From the NCBI GenBank assembly GCA_030704615.1, contig CM060733.1, forward strand, positions 49,042,001 through 49,106,000: DNA of 64,000 bases, written 5' to 3'. Positions 60,449 through 64,000 of the stretch are shown piece after piece. The translations under genes and the position numbers were made by a program. The stretch is from Takakia lepidozioides. Lineage: Eukaryota; Plantae; Bryophyta. A model generated the notes under the pieces. It was not told where the DNA came from. It made no database searches and saw nothing but the letters and a program-made list of their open reading frames with translations. Position 1 is the stretch's first letter, and the number at the start of each line of letters is the position of its first letter.

Positions 60449-62287
60449 ATGGGAGCTGGGGAGGGATCGCAGGGGGGCGAGGCAACACAGTCAACTTTGG
60501 ATATTCCTGCCCGGGTGCTGCGCTTGCAAGGTGGAAGTGCATCGAGGCAGGCGAGTCCTCATTCAACACCTCAGATATCGCCTCAGAAAAGCCCACCTAG
60601 AGTTCGGAAGCCGAGGAAGCAGAAGGAGCCCATGGCTTCGCCAGTAAAACCCCTAGGGAGACTGGAAGCGGAGATATTGGGTTTGCAGTCAATTTCAGAA
60701 AACACGGATGTGGTGGAGGACGCTGGAGATGTGGGAGTCGGATCTGCAGAAGGGCGGCCCATTCAGCTGACAGAAGGAGCGGACGACAACGTGGTACGAC
60801 TTGGCGACGATCAGAATCTGCTGGAGCTTGCGGAGGAGCAAAACCTCCAGGACAATAGACAGGCTGGTGAGAGGGGTGAGGGAAGTGACAGAGGTGATAG
60901 AAGTAAGAAACTGGTGGCGGGTATGCTCATGAGCGCACGAGACATGAACATAGCAGCAAACAGGTTGCTAGCAGAGACTCATAGCAACATAGGCCGCGTT
61001 TTGGGCTCCATGGTGTATCCGGAGAACCTCAAAGTTCCTTTGTGTCGCATGGTAAGCCTTCCAGTTGTAAGGGAAGCACTGCCAGGGGATATTGATCGAC
61101 TGAAGCACAACTTCAGAGAAGGGTACAGACGGGGGTCGGCAGCATTCTACGTTTCCATTGAGAATGACCAGGGTGTCACAAGGGGCCCCACTGCAGAGGA
61201 GCTTCAGAATTGGGGCCCCCACTGGCACATTGTTAATGCCGAGTTTGAAGCCTATCTGAAGACTAATCCCACATTCGCACACATGGAAGGGAAGATGTTC
61301 TTCGTTTGGGACGGGAACCACATGATGCTTGCCTGGACAGAGTACATTGCTGAAATGCATCCGCAAGATATCAGTTGGCATTACATGGTGGATTGCATTG
61401 TCGTGAAGGTGGACGTCAGGGACAGAGGACTGCTGAAGGGTGCCATGGCGGATATAAATCTGTAAGTATACAATTATATCATTGTGTACTGCCTATTGCG
61501 GCGCCAAAATAGGCAATGTTCACCACTGTCATGCACTCTATGAACTGGAAATTGGATTGTTGTGCCGAAATCATATTTTCATGTTGTTTTTTTTCTCCAT
61601 GGCAGGATAACAAAGAGGGCCTTCGTGGAAACTCATCTGGCACATACGCTCTACAGAGTGCAAGAAGTGGGGACAGCTCCGTTGACGGACTTCCAAAAGC
61701 CCCTCGATCCCGAGCTGTACAAGAAGTCCCTAGCGAAAGCAGATCGCACCTGGTACCGACCAACACTGGACGCCATGGTGGAGATCCTCTATTTGGTGAG
61801 GTTCATTTCAAATGTCAGTATCAATTTAATGTTATTTGTTGCAGGGATCCGTGGCCTGACTGTATCTGTTGGGTATGGGAATGCATACGAGTTTCTCGCG
61901 AGTCCCCAGAAGCCCTTTTTTCTACCAGCCTATGCAGACACGGCTGCCAGAGAAGCCATCAGGAGGGAGGATAGGCCTACTCGGTTAGAGCAATTGACAT
62001 ACGGGAATGAGCAAAGAATTATAATGAGGCGTGAGGCCAAACATAGAATTGTGAAAGGCAGAGTAGGGAAGTTCGTAATAGAATCCGCGTCCGAGAGCGA
62101 GGGGAATGTTGAGGACACTTCCGCACCCAGGTGGACAATTCCGGCTGGTGAGGATGGTATTTTTGAGGGGAGGGCTTCTCAGAGTAACAACGGTAGCGGC
62201 AGTGCAGGTTCGGAGGCAGGTGGAAGGCAGCCATCCTTGCATGAGACCGGGGATGCATCGGACAGTGATAGCGGATCCTCACCATAG
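60449..62287 (+). CDS. ParB/Srx-like protein of copy 2 (exons ~60449-61461, 61606-61795, 61845-62287); lacks the MTase-like region
   Basis: ETHSNIGRVLGS...VPLCRMVSLPVVREALPGDIDRLK...FFVWDGNHMMLAW...MADIN; DRTWYRPTLDAMVEILY; RWTIPAGEDGIFEG, all homologous to copy 1. Start codon uncertain. Confidence 0.75.
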
Positions 62288-62524
62288 CAAAGTCTCATTT
62301 GGATCCTTTTGTTGTACAGTTCTGAAACACTTAATGAAAATATTGACGATTTGAAAAATCATTGTGTTTAGACTGCTTGTCCGATTCCCTACATTTCTTC
62401 TGCCAACCAAAATGTATAATAAAAGCAGAAGAGACGCAAACTTCAGTGAAGAACCCTACAAGTAATTTATGCACACCATCGAGCCGGGAACAATGAAAAC
62501 CCTGCCATTTCTAACATTCCTATT

Positions 62525-62810
62525 GGGAAATTTGGCGTCGAAATAGCCCAGTGCGCGCCTTCGTTATATGGGCCTCAAAAATTCCACGGATGAATTACTG
62601 CACCAAAATATCACGATGGAAGCCTTCAGCACAAAGCACTTCAGCACATTCCACTTGGGTATTTCGGCGCCGAAATAGCCCGTTCTGCGCCATTAAATAC
62701 CGCACTATATCACATTTTAAGAGGTAATTTCGGTGCCGAAATACCCCGGTGGATGTCTTCAAAACACCATTTTAGCACACTGCTCTTGGGAATAACGACG
62801 CCGAAATACC
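62525..62810. repeat. Five further copy-2-type palindromes at 65-67 bp spacing near the right end
   Basis: Cores at 62534, 62599, 62666, 62732, 62797 (e.g. gggtatttcggcgccgaaatagccc). Confidence 0.8.
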
Positions 62811-62972
62811 TCATTCCGCATCCTGGACCAGGAGAAACAGACTCTATTACTGAGGTAAGAGGACATAACACCGTCAATAAAGGCAGGAAAATTCCAATTC
62901 CGCGGATGCCCGCTCATGAGCTCATAGGCTCATAGGCTCATGGGCTCATGCGCTCATGAAATAGTAAACCTC

Positions 62973-63205
62973 GGCTACTTCGTGAGCAGGTGCACACTCA
63001 CATCATCCAAAGCGGATCCCTGCGAAATCTTTTCTTACTCACCACCCTTGCGAACATGCCAAATATGTGCGGGAACATCATGGATGCTCACCAGAATTGA
63101 GAATGCCTGAACGATCTTTGATCACGTGGACTTTAACGTGATGGATTTACCAAGCATTCTTCTAGCATGAATGGTTTGGAGACCAACGAGCAAATGATGC
63201 GAGAA
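62973..63205 (+). pseudogene. PPR pseudogene fragment flanking the right end of copy 2
   Basis: QVHTHIIQSG...CGNIMDAHQ...RMPERSLITW, same family as 46700-46950 but on the opposite strand. Confidence 0.7.
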
Positions 63206-64000
63206 TGCTCTACCCGAACCAAAGATATTTGTTTGTTTTTGCAATGCTAACAAGCCTGTGAGCTCCGCAAAACACTAAATAGATTGAAGGAACAATCCCA
63301 TCTCCAACGATAGTATGTTCCCATGAATTTGCATCCCACGCACACATTGCAAACAGGACAACACGGACACACAACCATCCCATTTCCAAATTGGCCCCGA
63401 AGAAAAGCAAAAGAAAACTTCATATCAAGTGTCACAGTCATCAGAATCAGTATCGACCTCCTGTGCTATGTCATCCACAAAGATTCCGGCCCCAACACCA
63501 CGTCTTCTACCACGGCCGTCGATTGTTGGACTGCGAGTGCCATGAACGTACATGCTTGCTGCGAGTGCCTCCACATAGACAGGCAGCACGTAAGACTGAG
63601 GAGGACTTGAAAGAAGTCCAAAAAGGTGTGATAGCCCTGGAGGGTCAGTGGAAGCACGCGGACTCCTGCACAAGTCGACAAAAACCCATTTTGAACACAA
63701 TGATGTAATGCACAAGTCCAACGAAGAGGATATGTCCCATGTGCACTTCGCCTTAAGAACAGTGATTCTGGGTATCGAAACAACAATGCAAGCATCCACA
63801 GGTTGAACTTACTCACAGGCAAAGTCGAAGTCCAGCTCCTTGTCGGAAGTCTCCCCTGTATCAATATCAGCGGGTAGGGGCTTCGGAAGGACTTGAGAAG
63901 TGTGTCCACCCAAACCCATCAGGAGGTTCTTGTAAATCTCGCGCACTGGCCTTGCAAGCGTGGTACGAGGCACCTGTAGTGGAATACAATAAAGGAAACA

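Larger units (their letters stand above)
56504..62972. mobile_element. Second, diverged member of the same MULE family; left end missing
   Basis: Right terminus gctcatgaaatagtaaacctc is the exact 21-nt reverse complement of the copy-1 left terminus; GCTCAT(G/A) subterminal repeats; homologs of the SWIM, ParB-like and RWNCC genes. Confidence 0.88.

Noticed and set aside
34646-62972. One 28-kb composite transposon bounded by the perfectly matching 21-nt termini
   Set aside because: Flanks differ (gttgggctt versus ggctacttc), whereas 34646-45704 has a perfect TSD and restores a PPR frame
63210-64000. Possible further transposase/SWIM remnant on the minus strand (KCTWDISSSLDLC, acidic tail)
   Set aside because: Too degenerate and cut by the window edge to support a call

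Overview
Eukaryotic, intron-containing DNA, most likely from a non-seed land plant (inferred from a Physcomitrium PSE1-like PUFA elongase; species not determinable). The first ~17 kb holds two convergent host genes: a 7-exon ELO-family elongase (+) and a multi-exon DUF3475/DUF668 PSK-SIMULATOR-like gene (-) whose introns carry many LINE 3' ends. The rest is mostly decayed transposons: AT/T-rich tandem repeats, tRNA-derived SINEs interrupted by hAT MITEs, a Harbinger remnant, LINE and Ty3/Gypsy pieces, and PPR pseudogene fragments. The most notable feature is a Mutator-like (MULE) element family present twice. Copy 1 (34646-45704, 11,059 bp) has both ends and a perfect 9-bp TSD that splits a PPR pseudogene. 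Copy 2 (~56504-62972) lacks its left end. Besides a SWIM-finger transposase remnant, the elements carry (i) a spliced gene for a ParB/Srx-like DGNHR protein, fused in copy 1 to a beta-class N4/N6 DNA methyltransferase-like domain, (ii) an unknown 'RWNCCxWT' protein family (3 paralogs), and (iii) arrays of 20-26 bp palindromes with non-repetitive spacers. The palindromes are spaced at multiples of ~10.5 bp and their arms differ between the two copies. A ParB/parS-like or VANC-like self-recognition system is my inference, not established. All domain calls come from motif recognition by eye, with no database search.
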